DNA of 61,576 bases from Methyloceanibacter sp. (GTDB lineage Bacteria > Pseudomonadota > Alphaproteobacteria > Rhizobiales > Methyloligellaceae): contig JALHTP010000159.1 in NCBI GenBank assembly GCA_022865725.1, positions 1-61,576 on the forward strand, given 5' to 3'. The notes under the pieces are model-generated. The model was not told the origin of the DNA and did not search any database. It worked only from the letters and a program-made list of their open reading frames with translations. Of this stretch, positions 9,101 through 17,996 are shown one piece after another. The translations under genes were made by a program, and so were the position numbers. Position 1 is the first letter of the stretch. Each line of letters opens with the position of its first letter.

Positions 9101-9794
9101 CCTCGCGCGCCCTTCGTACCTGCCCGCAGCGGCGGAGCCTCGGCCGGCCAGCCACTATGCCGGCCGGATAGCCCTCGGCTATGCCGGTCAGCGTCATGGA
9201 GAAGTATGTCCGCCAGGCCGAGAGGGCGGGGATTGGGTCTTTGGGCTCGACCTTGATAACGCCGGTCGGCGTCTCATACCAGCGGCCGCCGTTGACCTCG
9301 GCTAACTTCGTGATCGCTTCTCCGTAGGTTTGGAAGGATAGCGTCTGCGGGACTACGGCGCCGGCCGTCCAGTCGGGCATGTTGACGCTATAGGCTAGCG
9401 CGCCGGAGAGGGCTAGCAGGTCCTCGATTAGCTCGGGAACCGTCCGCGAGCCGTCAACCGTAACGATCACCTTATGGTAGGCGTTATCGAGGCAGGCTGA
9501 CATGCCCTGGCACTCAATCGTAATGCCGCTAGCATCGGAATTGTCGGGGTGTAGGACGGTGCCGGTAAAGACGCGCTGGCGGGCCGCGCCGACGAAGCCC
9601 TCCTCGATTTCGACGCTAGCGTTAAAGATGACGCTGGCCGGCAACGAGCCCCGAATGCGGATCGAGGCATTAGGAACCTTCTGCACGGCGAAGGAGTAGC
9701 TGACCGACGCGACGTTTAGGACAACGCCGCCGATTGTGACTCGGTAGTCGGCGGCCTTCCTGTCGACGTTCAGGTAGAGGTTAGCTAGAGTCAT
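6132..9794 (-). CDS. Tail tip/baseplate hub protein with PKD-like and BNR/beta-propeller domains
   Basis: N-terminal hub-like region, SIDPDGTIV..W.W..VTLTVEDNDG PKD motif, S.D.G.TW Asp-boxes. Confidence 0.75.
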   Translation of the reverse strand: MTLANLYLNVDRKAADYRVTIGGVVLNVASVSYSFAVQKVPNASIRIRGSLPASVIFNASVEIEEGFVGAARQRVFTGTVLHPDNSDASGITIECQGMSACLDNAYHKVIVTVDGSRTVPELIEDLLALSGALAYSVNMPDWTAGAVVPQTLSFQTYGEAITKLAEVNGGRWYETPTGVIKVEPKDPIPALSAWRTYFSMTLTGIAEGYPAGIVAGRPRLRRCGQVRRAREVKNQVWVRGAVLTNTNPDGSESSVTLEEHAFAPSLWVLNPDGSQAYNDELYSNEIIDDAVVAGPEAGRRVGVKNRLLTQVDVEIDGDPQVQTGLTVGIEDPSYSAVTGRWFVEALTTTLSAGHYSTSLSLLGGPQAGGQINISPFANFLYSIEQEIMGDRPWDIVTLDGSPSIDPDGTIVGWCWSDNQTPMRASGCGETFTTRADPTGIVPPWEVTLTVEDNDGNTDDLMLSIPYESTEPDIWIPAIFVAFDTAASATPDGGINWYDQPIAGKSVISTSAKLADGITFGVGVFGTADGCIYRTTDFCLTAPTLVQAALGSPIEHLWWDILVTTRVWAITRNGKVYWSTNDGLTWALYEDLAAIFGLANIRLSRIATPGAGGLWIYGGTGTGWPLICWDAVVGGHSWVGADLTGGELEADLAISGYPTDLYVAEAATGGDVLAIILNSPTHTPPVYTSASGGLGDGTDWKRAVGDAGALAKTRGKWISPDLTVGHYVLGFDDSATYRMDVAAGVGTISLAPATFGTNKGNYCWSLAWWENIDQSYIVAAEAITGSAAGFIYKTWDRFGTVALVRPATGFPAAPALAKAKMIAFGAPGTPFYDERLAAMGIDADPREISTLIGHGTAAWSTPGAVAGITAALGESPRIWCLTDQLWFATNDDDSDSAYGLGAGARTKDAGGTWGAAVDPGFVDNGGVIQYALDAGGRIWCLYHDTEPGKSSAYTRTNLCWSEDEGDTWHGHQSIGWGGGGTGWQPYAQVAGWYIMPHPTDQNKIAVWIAWGFHYPTLGPSPAGIWYTTDRGVNMTLNANMTLTRGQSGVRMYYDALMLPSGRIVIAGWWGVCFSQVYITDDWGLTAGLALDLGANVLKHLDRLFADASGNKVGVVYASTVGGPPYPQRIWLSNAGASVGSFSELALAQQLEDYTGELINQKGRVAYSALLDTLYFDIQGTLAGKDIYKLTPVSTAGLWGNLTDAYPHIAVGSRNLCIIPRP

Positions 9795-10147
9795 CGCGCT
9801 ATGAAGCTGAGTCGGACGCGGCGGGAAGCCGACGCCGTTCCGTAGCTTCCGGTTACGGCCTCAACGATCTCGCAGCCCTCTAGGAACGCCGACTGAACGA
9901 CCGGCACGGCTTCCCAATCGGTGAGGTTGGCCACGGTATTGATTAGGACTTCGAGGAGCGCCAGCCGCGCCGGCGTCAAGTACATCTCGATTACTCGCCG
10001 GCGGCTACCGATCCCCATCGTTACGATGCTCTCGGCCGCTGCCCCGAGCGGCAGGACGATGTCGGCGGTCGCCTTGGGCCGGCCCCAACCGGTATCGGTT
10101 ACGGGTTCCTCGTCGGCCGTGAAAGTGACGGCTCCGTAGGCGGCCAT
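9791..10147 (-). CDS. Distal tail-like protein
   Basis: Position between tape measure and hub. Confidence 0.5.
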   Translation of the reverse strand: MAAYGAVTFTADEEPVTDTGWGRPKATADIVLPLGAAAESIVTMGIGSRRRVIEMYLTPARLALLEVLINTVANLTDWEAVPVVQSAFLEGCEIVEAVTGSYGTASASRRVRLSFIAR

Positions 10148-13100
10148 TTAACCGATCCCCCCTCTCAGCGGCGCGCCGGCAAGGTAGGCCCGCCGCGCTG
10201 CGTCGTTAAAGGCGACATCGACCTCGGCGTGGATCAGCCGGCGCATCCCTTCGAGGTCGTAGCCGGTCATGCTCAGCGGCATGTTGAAGTTGAAGATCGG
10301 CGCAGGACCTGGCTCCGTGATATGCTCGCCGCCGTGGACGATGGACAGGACGGGCGCGCCCATCGGCCCAGGTACGATCCCGCCGCCGCCGAAGTCCAGC
10401 AGAGGGATCGGGTTATCCGGTATGTTGAAGCCGATCCACCGGCCCACAATCGACACGCCGAGCTTGTCGGGGATGATCGCGTTAATCGCCCGAATGCCGG
10501 CGTTGATCGCGGTCTTGAACACTTCCTTAAGGACGCCGGCGAGGTCGCCAAGCGCTTCCGGCACCGCCTTTAGGCCGGCCATGATACCGTCAAAGATGGC
10601 CCCGCCTAGGTCGGCGCCGGCGCCGAGTAGGTCGCCGACGAATCCGATTAGCCGGCCTGGAAGTCCAGCGATCCCCGAGACGAGATCGTTCAGGGCGCCG
10701 CCGGTTAGCTCATTTACCCGCTGCCAACCGGTCTGGAAGCCGCTCCATAGCTCGCCCATGAGCGCGCCGACCGCTTCGCCGACCGGCGTATCGCGGATCG
10801 CCCCGAGTACGTCGCCAAGGGCTCCGGCCACGATCCCGATAAGTCCGCCGGCACCCTCGAGCGCGGCGCGGGCCAGGCCTGGGATCGCCCCGAGCGCGTC
10901 GCCGAACCAACCTGGGATCGCGGCCACCAGGCCAGGTATAGCCACAAGACCCTCCGCGATCCAGCCAGGTATCGACCTAGCGAACCTTTGGATGGCCCCG
11001 CCGGCGTCGGCTAGTAGGCCAGGGATCGCCTTAAGGGCGTTCCAGAATAGGCCTGGGATCTCCTTAACGGCGGCGACTATCCAGCCAGGGATGGACTCGG
11101 CGAAGTCGCGGATGGCCCCGCCGGCGGTCTGTAGACCCTTACCGATAGCGCCGGCGATCCTACCCCACGGTATGCCTGCCAGGGTCGCCAGGACGGCCCC
11201 GCCCACGCCCTTAAGGGCTCCGCCTATCGCCTTCGCCACCACCGGCCCCGCCGCCTTTAGGCCCTCAGCAAGCTTCTGAATTATCAGGATCGGGATACCG
11301 AGAAGGGCGAAGACGACGGCGGCGGCGATCATGCCGGCTAGCTGGCCTGCCCATCCAGGCAGGGACTTAGCGAAGGCCGGCAGGGCGTCGGTAAAGAACT
11401 TCGGGAACGGGCCGGTAAAGAAGGCCATCAGTTTTTCGCGGAAGATTATTGCTAAGGCCGCCACGATTAGTACCACAACGATGATGGCAAGGGCGATCCA
11501 GCCCGCTACCGGAATGGCCGCCAAAAAGGCGGCGACCCCCGCGAAGGCCGTAGAAAAGGCCGTCCCAAAGGTCGCCGTCAGGCCGGATATGAAGGCGCTA
11601 CCCCCAACGGCGGCGCCAATACCCGCCAGGACTCCACTAGCGAAAAGCCCGATTGCTTTGAGGACTTCCGGCGACCCCCCTAGGCCACCGAGGATATTCG
11701 CCATTAGGGCGGCAAACCAGCCCTCCGCCTTTTCGCCCGCATCCGCCGGCGGCGTTACCTCGACGCTCTGCGTGACCGTTCCGGTGATTGGGTTCAGCTT
11801 GTCGATGATCTTGGCGCCCGTGCGCCTCACCATCTGCTCGACCTCGCCGAAGACCCACGGTAGAGACCGGATGATCTCGGCGCCGGTACTCACGACGTTC
11901 TGCGTAATGGTGATCGCCTTACTGACCAGGCCGGCGGCGGCGGTTACAAAGTCCTTAATAGCGCCGACTGCTACCCCTAGCTCGCGGATGGGGAAGGTCA
12001 GGAATTGCAGGGCGACCTTGCCGATGGCTAGGGCGAAACTTAGAACGGTGCTGACCACCATGGCCGCTATGACTAGGCCGATGGCATCGGCTACCAGCGG
12101 GACTACCCGCTTCAAAGTATCGAAGTGGTCGCCCATCGACTTCCCATCGGGTAGGAAGCCGGCAACCTTCCGGCCCCAATCGACCAGTTTGTCGGCGGCC
12201 TTAAGGAGCCACTCGGCGATATCCTTTAGGCTTAGGACGGTCTCGCCAATCAGGTAGGCTAGCAATTTGAGCGGTGCCGGCAAGTCCGCTAGGTAGTCAT
12301 TCAGGGCATCGCCGGTTTTGAGCGTCGCCAGGATGTAGCGCCCGAGCGTCCCAAATGTCTTGCCGAGCCAGGTAACGGCCTTCCCGAGCCCTTCTCGGAT
12401 GGCCGGCTGCATGGTCACTAGCCACTTAAGCGCCTTGGTCAAGACGGGGATTAACGCCATGCCGATCACGAGCTTGACCCCACCGACGGCCTCTTTGAGG
12501 GTGCGCTGCGCTAGGGTGTACTCCTTGATCTTGTCGGCATTTTCGGCCGACAGGACGAGCCCTAGTTTGTTGGCTTCGTCCGCTAGCTCCGCCATGCCCT
12601 GTGAACCCAGGTTTAGTAGCGGGATCATGTCCTTACCCGACCGGCCGAACAATTGCATGGCTAGGCCGGTCTTCTCGACGCCGTCAGGCATCTTGGCGAA
12701 GGCGTCAGAGATCTCGGGGATGAGGTCGCCCATCGGGCGAAGGTTGCCCTCCGCGTCGGTAGCCTGAATCCCGATGTCGGCCAGGATCGCGGCCGTCGAC
12801 TTGCCGCCGGTCGTAACGCCGGTCTCCTCGTCGCTAACGCCCTTCAATTTCTTGGCTAGGATGCCCAGGCTGGCGCTAGCGGAGTCGGAGTCAAGCCCGA
12901 CGTGCCGGAAGGCGTACAGCATTTCCGAGGACTTTTCCGCCGTCATGCCCGTTTCGCGGGCCAACTTGCGGACCTCGCCGGCGTATTCCTCGGTGTAGTT
13001 AACGGCGTCCTTGATCGTCTTGACGGAGAAGATACCGAGCACGGCAGCGCCGGCGATAGCAGCAGCGGCAGCTATCCCCTTCATGACCCCCGAGGATTTC

Positions 13101-13228
13101 TGCCCGAACTGCTCGACCTTCTGGCCGCCCTGGGTTACGGCGTTATCGACGCCGGTAAAGAACTTCTGCGGGTCGAGCCCTAGCTCGACAAAGATGCTCT
13201 CTACCGCGCCGCCCATCCCAAAAGCCAC
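10148..13228 (-). CDS. Tail tape measure protein
   Basis: 1026 aa Ala/Gly-rich, AMQLFGRSGKDMIPLL motif, periodic IPGW/IPGL repeats. Confidence 0.9.
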   Translation of the reverse strand: MAFGMGGAVESIFVELGLDPQKFFTGVDNAVTQGGQKVEQFGQKSSGVMKGIAAAAAIAGAAVLGIFSVKTIKDAVNYTEEYAGEVRKLARETGMTAEKSSEMLYAFRHVGLDSDSASASLGILAKKLKGVSDEETGVTTGGKSTAAILADIGIQATDAEGNLRPMGDLIPEISDAFAKMPDGVEKTGLAMQLFGRSGKDMIPLLNLGSQGMAELADEANKLGLVLSAENADKIKEYTLAQRTLKEAVGGVKLVIGMALIPVLTKALKWLVTMQPAIREGLGKAVTWLGKTFGTLGRYILATLKTGDALNDYLADLPAPLKLLAYLIGETVLSLKDIAEWLLKAADKLVDWGRKVAGFLPDGKSMGDHFDTLKRVVPLVADAIGLVIAAMVVSTVLSFALAIGKVALQFLTFPIRELGVAVGAIKDFVTAAAGLVSKAITITQNVVSTGAEIIRSLPWVFGEVEQMVRRTGAKIIDKLNPITGTVTQSVEVTPPADAGEKAEGWFAALMANILGGLGGSPEVLKAIGLFASGVLAGIGAAVGGSAFISGLTATFGTAFSTAFAGVAAFLAAIPVAGWIALAIIVVVLIVAALAIIFREKLMAFFTGPFPKFFTDALPAFAKSLPGWAGQLAGMIAAAVVFALLGIPILIIQKLAEGLKAAGPVVAKAIGGALKGVGGAVLATLAGIPWGRIAGAIGKGLQTAGGAIRDFAESIPGWIVAAVKEIPGLFWNALKAIPGLLADAGGAIQRFARSIPGWIAEGLVAIPGLVAAIPGWFGDALGAIPGLARAALEGAGGLIGIVAGALGDVLGAIRDTPVGEAVGALMGELWSGFQTGWQRVNELTGGALNDLVSGIAGLPGRLIGFVGDLLGAGADLGGAIFDGIMAGLKAVPEALGDLAGVLKEVFKTAINAGIRAINAIIPDKLGVSIVGRWIGFNIPDNPIPLLDFGGGGIVPGPMGAPVLSIVHGGEHITEPGPAPIFNFNMPLSMTGYDLEGMRRLIHAEVDVAFNDAARRAYLAGAPLRGGIG

Positions 13229-13231
13229 GTG

Positions 13232-13705
13232 CTATCCTTTCGGGGCTCGCGCAAGAGTTTCCGCCGGAGCTCCGCCGGCCTCAACGGCCGGCGCGGGCGC
13301 CGTGCCGCCTAGGCCCATCATTCCCATGAGCTTGCTTGCCGTCGCCACCAGGCCGCTAAAGTCGATGGCCTTGCCGGCGACGATGATCGCTTCGAGCGTT
13401 TCCGGTAGGGGCGCGCCGGCTAGCTCGTCGTAGTCGATCCCCGTCAACAGTTGCCCTAGCCGGAGAATGTCCGCCGCCTTTAGCTGCGGCAGGATCGCCA
13501 TGGCCACCTCCATGCCGATCTCCGTGTAGCTCCGGCCTTCCTTCCCCTCTGCCTGGGCGGCGGCGATCTCCTGAATCGCCGGCCGGAGCGTTACCAGGAA
13601 CGGGATCAACATCTCGGCCGCTTGGAGCCCACGGTCGGCGCTTAGGGGCGGGATGGCGTGTTCCTTCCCGCCGAGACTGATAGTTACCGCTTCCCCTGTT
13701 GACAC
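13232..13705 (-). CDS. Tail assembly chaperone-like protein
   Basis: Position between tail tube and tape measure. Confidence 0.5.
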   Translation of the reverse strand: MSTGEAVTISLGGKEHAIPPLSADRGLQAAEMLIPFLVTLRPAIQEIAAAQAEGKEGRSYTEIGMEVAMAILPQLKAADILRLGQLLTGIDYDELAGAPLPETLEAIIVAGKAIDFSGLVATASKLMGMMGLGGTAPAPAVEAGGAPAETLARAPKG

Positions 13706-13709
13706 CTTG

Positions 13710-14387
13710 CTACTCCCTTCGCTTAGGCTTCAATCCTTCCAACCTTACCCCGATACCCTGGGGCATCATCCGCGCTGGCATCGGCCGGCTAACGCCGGCG
13801 GGCGGCTTTCTTTCGACTGGCGGCCAGCGGAGCGGCGGGAAGGCGATGTGTTTCCCGCGCTTATCCGTAGGGCCGGCGATGTTCCACCTAAACTCGCGCT
13901 CCTCATGCTCCATCACCACCGCTTCCTGCAAATAGCAGATGGCTTCCTCTGGCCCTAGCCCTAGAATATGGTCGACAGGCCAGCCGTAGGCGCGCGCTAG
14001 ACGTGAAACGATAGAGGCTAGCGTCCGGTTGGGGTAGTCCTCGGGCGCCGCGCGGTGCCGGCGGGGAGTCATTGCCTGTAGCATGGCTAGCGTCCCTCGG
14101 AAGGTATTGAGGAAGCGGATCGCATCGAAGGCGACGACTAGCTCGGCTAGTGTGGGCTGCGGATCGAGGTCGGCGAATACTACGTCGGCGGCGCGCTCCA
14201 CGTAGCGGCGCATGGCCGCCGGTGCGCCGGCCTTCTTAGCGAAGTCGGCGAGGATGGTTTCAAGGGTGTAGTGCTCGCCTAGGCGGGCGCGCAGGATAGC
14301 GTAAGGGCGGCCGCCCAGGGTTACCTGGACGGCCGCTCGCTTTAGCTCTAAGGCCTCGATGTAGTCGACGGGCGCGGGTTCGACCAT
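13710..14387 (-). CDS. Tail assembly chaperone-like protein
   Basis: LARAYGWPVDHILGL motif; position. Confidence 0.5.
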   Translation of the reverse strand: MVEPAPVDYIEALELKRAAVQVTLGGRPYAILRARLGEHYTLETILADFAKKAGAPAAMRRYVERAADVVFADLDPQPTLAELVVAFDAIRFLNTFRGTLAMLQAMTPRRHRAAPEDYPNRTLASIVSRLARAYGWPVDHILGLGPEEAICYLQEAVVMEHEEREFRWNIAGPTDKRGKHIAFPPLRWPPVERKPPAGVSRPMPARMMPQGIGVRLEGLKPKRRE

Positions 14388-14404
14388 CCTACATTGGCGC
14401 GCCG

Positions 14405-15043
14405 TTACAGGGCGCTAGGGTCCCACCTTACCGCCGTGTAGAATCGCTGCGCGGTCGGCTTGCTGGTATCGGCTAGCACTAGCGCCTTGATCGGCGTGTT
14501 CCAGACGTCGCCGTAGGGCATCGCCAACGGCGAGGCTTCGGTGAACTGCACCTTGTGGAAGGTCAGGCTGATGAAGTCGCCGATGTCCTCGTCGTAGACG
14601 CGGCTCAGGTAGAGGTGGTAGTAGTCCTGCTGCGGCAGGTTGCCTACTCCCATCTTCTCGGTCTCCTCGGCGACGTTATGGACGACAGGGCCGCCGCCGA
14701 TCAAGTGGCGTAGGGTTTCCAGCGGGAATAGGCCCTTAAGCGTGAAGGCTAGCTCTAGGCTATCCCGCCGCTGCATGGTGGCGACGACACCGGCCGACGC
14801 GCACCTGACCTCCGTCGAAGTGCGGTTGTCCGTGAGGGTGGCGTCGTCGTAACAGGGAATCTCGTTGTAGGGATACTGCGCGCTACCCGAGATCCCCCAA
14901 TAGAAGCCGTCGCTATCGGGACTAAAGGCTTCGGGGGCGTCCGAGTCCTGGAACCACATGTTCGGCCCGCCCTCGACATAGACGCTCTCGGCGGGGATGT
15001 TCGGGCCGACAGGCGAAGATGTGCCTGATGGTAGCGTTGGCAT
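14405..15043 (-). CDS. Major tail (tube) protein
   Basis: Size, position after tail terminator, own late promoter and GAGGAGG RBS. Confidence 0.7.
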   Translation of the reverse strand: MPTLPSGTSSPVGPNIPAESVYVEGGPNMWFQDSDAPEAFSPDSDGFYWGISGSAQYPYNEIPCYDDATLTDNRTSTEVRCASAGVVATMQRRDSLELAFTLKGLFPLETLRHLIGGGPVVHNVAEETEKMGVGNLPQQDYYHLYLSRVYDEDIGDFISLTFHKVQFTEASPLAMPYGDVWNTPIKALVLADTSKPTAQRFYTAVRWDPSAL

Positions 15044-15093
15044 GTAACGACCTCCTCAGTATCGGGCGCGGGCGCGGCGCCGGTTTGTTCATC

Positions 15094-15106
15094 CTAATGG
15101 TCGACC
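15094..15106 (-). promoter_or_regulatory. Late-promoter motif GGTCGACCATTAG (tail operon) with upstream CTAAA
   Basis: Exact motif; CTAAAA about 15 nt upstream. Confidence 0.7.
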
Positions 15107-15123
15107 CATCGGCGACCCACGTT

Positions 15124-15543
15124 TTAGACCTCGAAAACGGTAGTGGCGAAGACGACTTCGCCGCGCCAGATGTCGTTGTCGCGGTAGGGGAAATGGGTCT
15201 CGATGGGCCGCATGACCTGGCTGCTCATGCCGGCGCCGACTAGGTGCTTCTGCTGGATCGCGTTCTGTACTAGCCCGAGAAGTGCGGCGGCTTCGGCGCT
15301 AGAGTCGACCTTGCTATAGACGATGATGGAGCCGGTTACCCCCTGGCGTTGCTCCGAGCAGTTCCCGTTACCGGTCGGCCGCATGTCGGTGATATCGACG
15401 CGGACGGCCGGATATTCGAAGTCCGTCCCGCGCCAGTCGGCCTCTTTGATCCGCGCAGGATCGGCGGCTAGGCTGGCTACCAGCGGGGCGTCCGCCTTAA
15501 GTAGCGCGATGATGGCAGCCTGGACTACGTCCGGTGATATCAT
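15124..15543 (-). CDS. Tail terminator/completion protein
   Basis: VQAAIIALLKADAPL..YPAVRV pattern; synteny. Confidence 0.65.
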   Translation of the reverse strand: MISPDVVQAAIIALLKADAPLVASLAADPARIKEADWRGTDFEYPAVRVDITDMRPTGNGNCSEQRQGVTGSIIVYSKVDSSAEAAALLGLVQNAIQQKHLVGAGMSSQVMRPIETHFPYRDNDIWRGEVVFATTVFEV

Positions 15544-15545
15544 CC

Positions 15546-15938
15546 CTAATACGTCTTCGCGCGTTGGAGCGCGTCCTTGATACTCGCCCTGATCACGTTC
15601 ATGGCCGCCGACCTCTCGGTCTCTAGCGCCGGCTTCAACCAGGGCATCTTGGCGCCCTTAGCAGCCGATATCCGGCCGAGCTTCCGCCGGCTGACGTAGG
15701 GCTCCTCCTCGCTATATTTGGCGTAGTCGACGTTCGGCCCTATGCGAACGATGATCCTGGTGCCGGTCTTGCGGGGCTCCGAGACGTTGACGCCGCGCAT
15801 CATCCGGCCGGACAATACCGGCGCGTTCGTCTGTGCGCGTCCGCGCACCAGGAGCCCGCCCTTGCGTAGTCCCAGGCCGAAGCCGGCCTCGATGGTTTGG
15901 GCCTTCGCCCGCAGGTTATGAGTCCGCCTGACAGCCAC
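15546..15938 (-). CDS. HK97 gp10-like neck protein
   Basis: AQTNAPVLSGRM..IGPNVDYAKY..PWLKPALE. Confidence 0.8.
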   Translation of the reverse strand: MAVRRTHNLRAKAQTIEAGFGLGLRKGGLLVRGRAQTNAPVLSGRMMRGVNVSEPRKTGTRIIVRIGPNVDYAKYSEEEPYVSRRKLGRISAAKGAKMPWLKPALETERSAAMNVIRASIKDALQRAKTY

Positions 15939-15940
15939 GT

Positions 15941-16309
15941 CTACTCCTCACGGTTAGCGTAGTCGGTATGGACGGCCGATAGCTGAATGTGGGATCGGGG
16001 ATGGCCGACCGGTAGCGACGACCTCTGGACGGCGGTTACCCGTAGGCGCTGTTTCGCCCATGGCCCCGACCGCGGGATCACGATGTCTTCGCTCCGCACG
16101 TCGGGGTACCGGTCGGGGTAGAGGATGATCTCCATGCTGCGCGCGGTCTCGATGGCCTGTAGCCGGAACTCGAGGGGGACGCGGTCGTTGGCTATGCGGG
16201 CGCCCACGCCGGCGTAGCGGATCGCGTCCGACCGGACGGCCCCGCCGCCGGTATCGTCGGCGGCCTCAGCCTGGGCGTAGATGTCAACGATGACGTTGAT
16301 CCCCTGCAT
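15941..16309 (-). CDS. Head-closure protein
   Basis: Size and synteny. Confidence 0.55.
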   Translation of the reverse strand: MQGINVIVDIYAQAEAADDTGGGAVRSDAIRYAGVGARIANDRVPLEFRLQAIETARSMEIILYPDRYPDVRSEDIVIPRSGPWAKQRLRVTAVQRSSLPVGHPRSHIQLSAVHTDYANREE

Positions 16310-16341
16310 CGGCGATTACATGCTTTCCGTGTATCCGTGGT

Positions 16342-17061
16342 TTAGCCGATCACAGACGGTCGGCCCCGCAGACCGGCCATCCGGCGAACCTTGTACTTGC
16401 GGAGCTTTTGGTAGGCGTAGTTAGCTGCGGCCGACGTTCCGAGCGGCGTCTTGCTCTGTAGACCGCTCGACTCGCTGTAGTCCATCGACCGCCAGGAATT
16501 CACGAAGCCGGCGCCGACGTTAGCGCCGCCGCTGGCCCCTATGTCCTTCGCCTCTGCGGCCAGGACGGCTAGGGCCATCTTGACGCTGACGGGAATGTCT
16601 GCCGGCGTGTTCCAGATGCCCGCCACGTAACTAACGTCTACCCAGGCCGGCTTCCCGCAGCCCAGGCAGCCACAGCCGGCAGCGATGGCCCCGCCGGCTT
16701 CGCGGACTTCGACGATGCTCCGCTTTAGGTCGTAGGTCAGCACACAGGCGGCGATGTCGTCGGTGTCGCAGTCGCAGCTTCCGGTGTCATGGGCGACGAT
16801 GACCGACGTTATGCTGCTCAGGTGGGTCTTCTCGAGCATCAGGTAGCGGAAATTAGTGTCGTAGTCGAGGAAGCCGCGCGGGAAGATGTGGCGCTCGTCG
16901 GCTATGGCGCCGGTCAGGATGTTGGTTGAAAGGTAGTCCTCGGCCCCTTCCCAGGCCGTCGCCCAAGCCATGTCCTCTTGGGCGGCGGTGCCGGTCGTGA
17001 AGCCGACGCTCTCGGCCCACGCCTGTAGCGAATGTAGGGTCGGGTCGTCGGGAACGCCCAT
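16342..17061 (-). CDS. Head-tail adaptor/connector
   Basis: VDVSYVAG..IPVSVKMALAVLA motif; synteny. Confidence 0.7.
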   Translation of the reverse strand: MGVPDDPTLHSLQAWAESVGFTTGTAAQEDMAWATAWEGAEDYLSTNILTGAIADERHIFPRGFLDYDTNFRYLMLEKTHLSSITSVIVAHDTGSCDCDTDDIAACVLTYDLKRSIVEVREAGGAIAAGCGCLGCGKPAWVDVSYVAGIWNTPADIPVSVKMALAVLAAEAKDIGASGGANVGAGFVNSWRSMDYSESSGLQSKTPLGTSAAANYAYQKLRKYKVRRMAGLRGRPSVIG

Positions 17062-17081
17062 GGCCTATCACTCCCTTCGCT

Positions 17082-17094
17082 CTAATGATCGACC
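17082..17094 (-). promoter_or_regulatory. Late-promoter motif variant GGTCGATCATTAG
   Basis: One mismatch to the consensus, directly upstream of the connector gene. Confidence 0.65.
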
Positions 17095-17123
17095 TCAGAG
17101 CGGAAGGGGCTCTAGGCGTTCGG

Positions 17124-17996
17124 CTAGAGTAGGACGGGCTCGTCGTACTGGATCAGATGGCCGGCCCGCTGCTCTAGGATAACGGCGCCCTCTTGCACGT
17201 CGCGCCGGCTCAGGGCGATGGGCTCGGCCCCGCCGGCGGCCGACGCCGCCGGCTCGAAAGCGCATAGGAGCCCATTCCCGCGAAGCATCAGGCAATACTC
17301 GACGTCGGGATAGGGTCGGTTGCCGTAGGTGTCCGCCGCGAAGCCGCCCGCTGTGCGAAACGCCATGCGACGGGTCAGTAGGAAGTTGGCCGGTAACGCT
17401 TGGAGATCCGCCCTGGGGTAGACCTTCGGGTTGTCGGGATGCCAGCCGAAGAAACGGGCGTAGGGCCGGAGCCGCCAGCCGAAGACGTAGCCGGCGATTC
17501 GGATCACGCCGGCCTCGATGTCGGCGCCCACGGGTACCCCGAAGGTGATTAGCCCGCCGGCAGCGCCGATCTCCTCTCTCTCCATGGGCGCCGCTAGGGC
17601 GGCCCATGCGCCCTCGTCGAGGACCAAGTCGCCGTCGATGAATAGGATTAACGGCGCCGATCCGTGCATGGCCCCACGGTTGCGGGAATCCCAACGGCCA
17701 CGGCCCGACCGATCCACGCGGACGCCGGCCTCACGCGCGGCAGCGGCTAGCTCCTGGTGGGTCTCCGCCATTTCGTCGATGATGGCGTCGGCCACTATGA
17801 TCGTGGCGTCCGCCGGCAGTTGGGCCTTTAGCGCAGCCAGGCACTCGCCGATCCGCGAAGTGTCGACCTGGACGGTTACGACGGCGTCAACGGAGCCATA
17901 GATTGGGGGCGCCAGCGCGCCCATTGCCGGCCCGCTAATCCCCTGCTGGTTGCGGTTCCGCCGGCGCCGGCTTGGCCTTTTCTTGGACGATTTCAT
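17124..17996 (-). CDS. Glycosyltransferase family 2
   Basis: RNRGA..LILFIDGD, PDVEYCL. Confidence 0.8.
   Translation of the reverse strand: MKSSKKRPSRRRRNRNQQGISGPAMGALAPPIYGSVDAVVTVQVDTSRIGECLAALKAQLPADATIIVADAIIDEMAETHQELAAAAREAGVRVDRSGRGRWDSRNRGAMHGSAPLILFIDGDLVLDEGAWAALAAPMEREEIGAAGGLITFGVPVGADIEAGVIRIAGYVFGWRLRPYARFFGWHPDNPKVYPRADLQALPANFLLTRRMAFRTAGGFAADTYGNRPYPDVEYCLMLRGNGLLCAFEPAASAAGGAEPIALSRRDVQEGAVILEQRAGHLIQYDEPVLL

Noticed and set aside
10229-13433. Long plus-strand ORFs (also 29997-31172, 56864-57781 and others)
   Set aside because: Antisense shadows of well-supported GC-rich minus-strand genes
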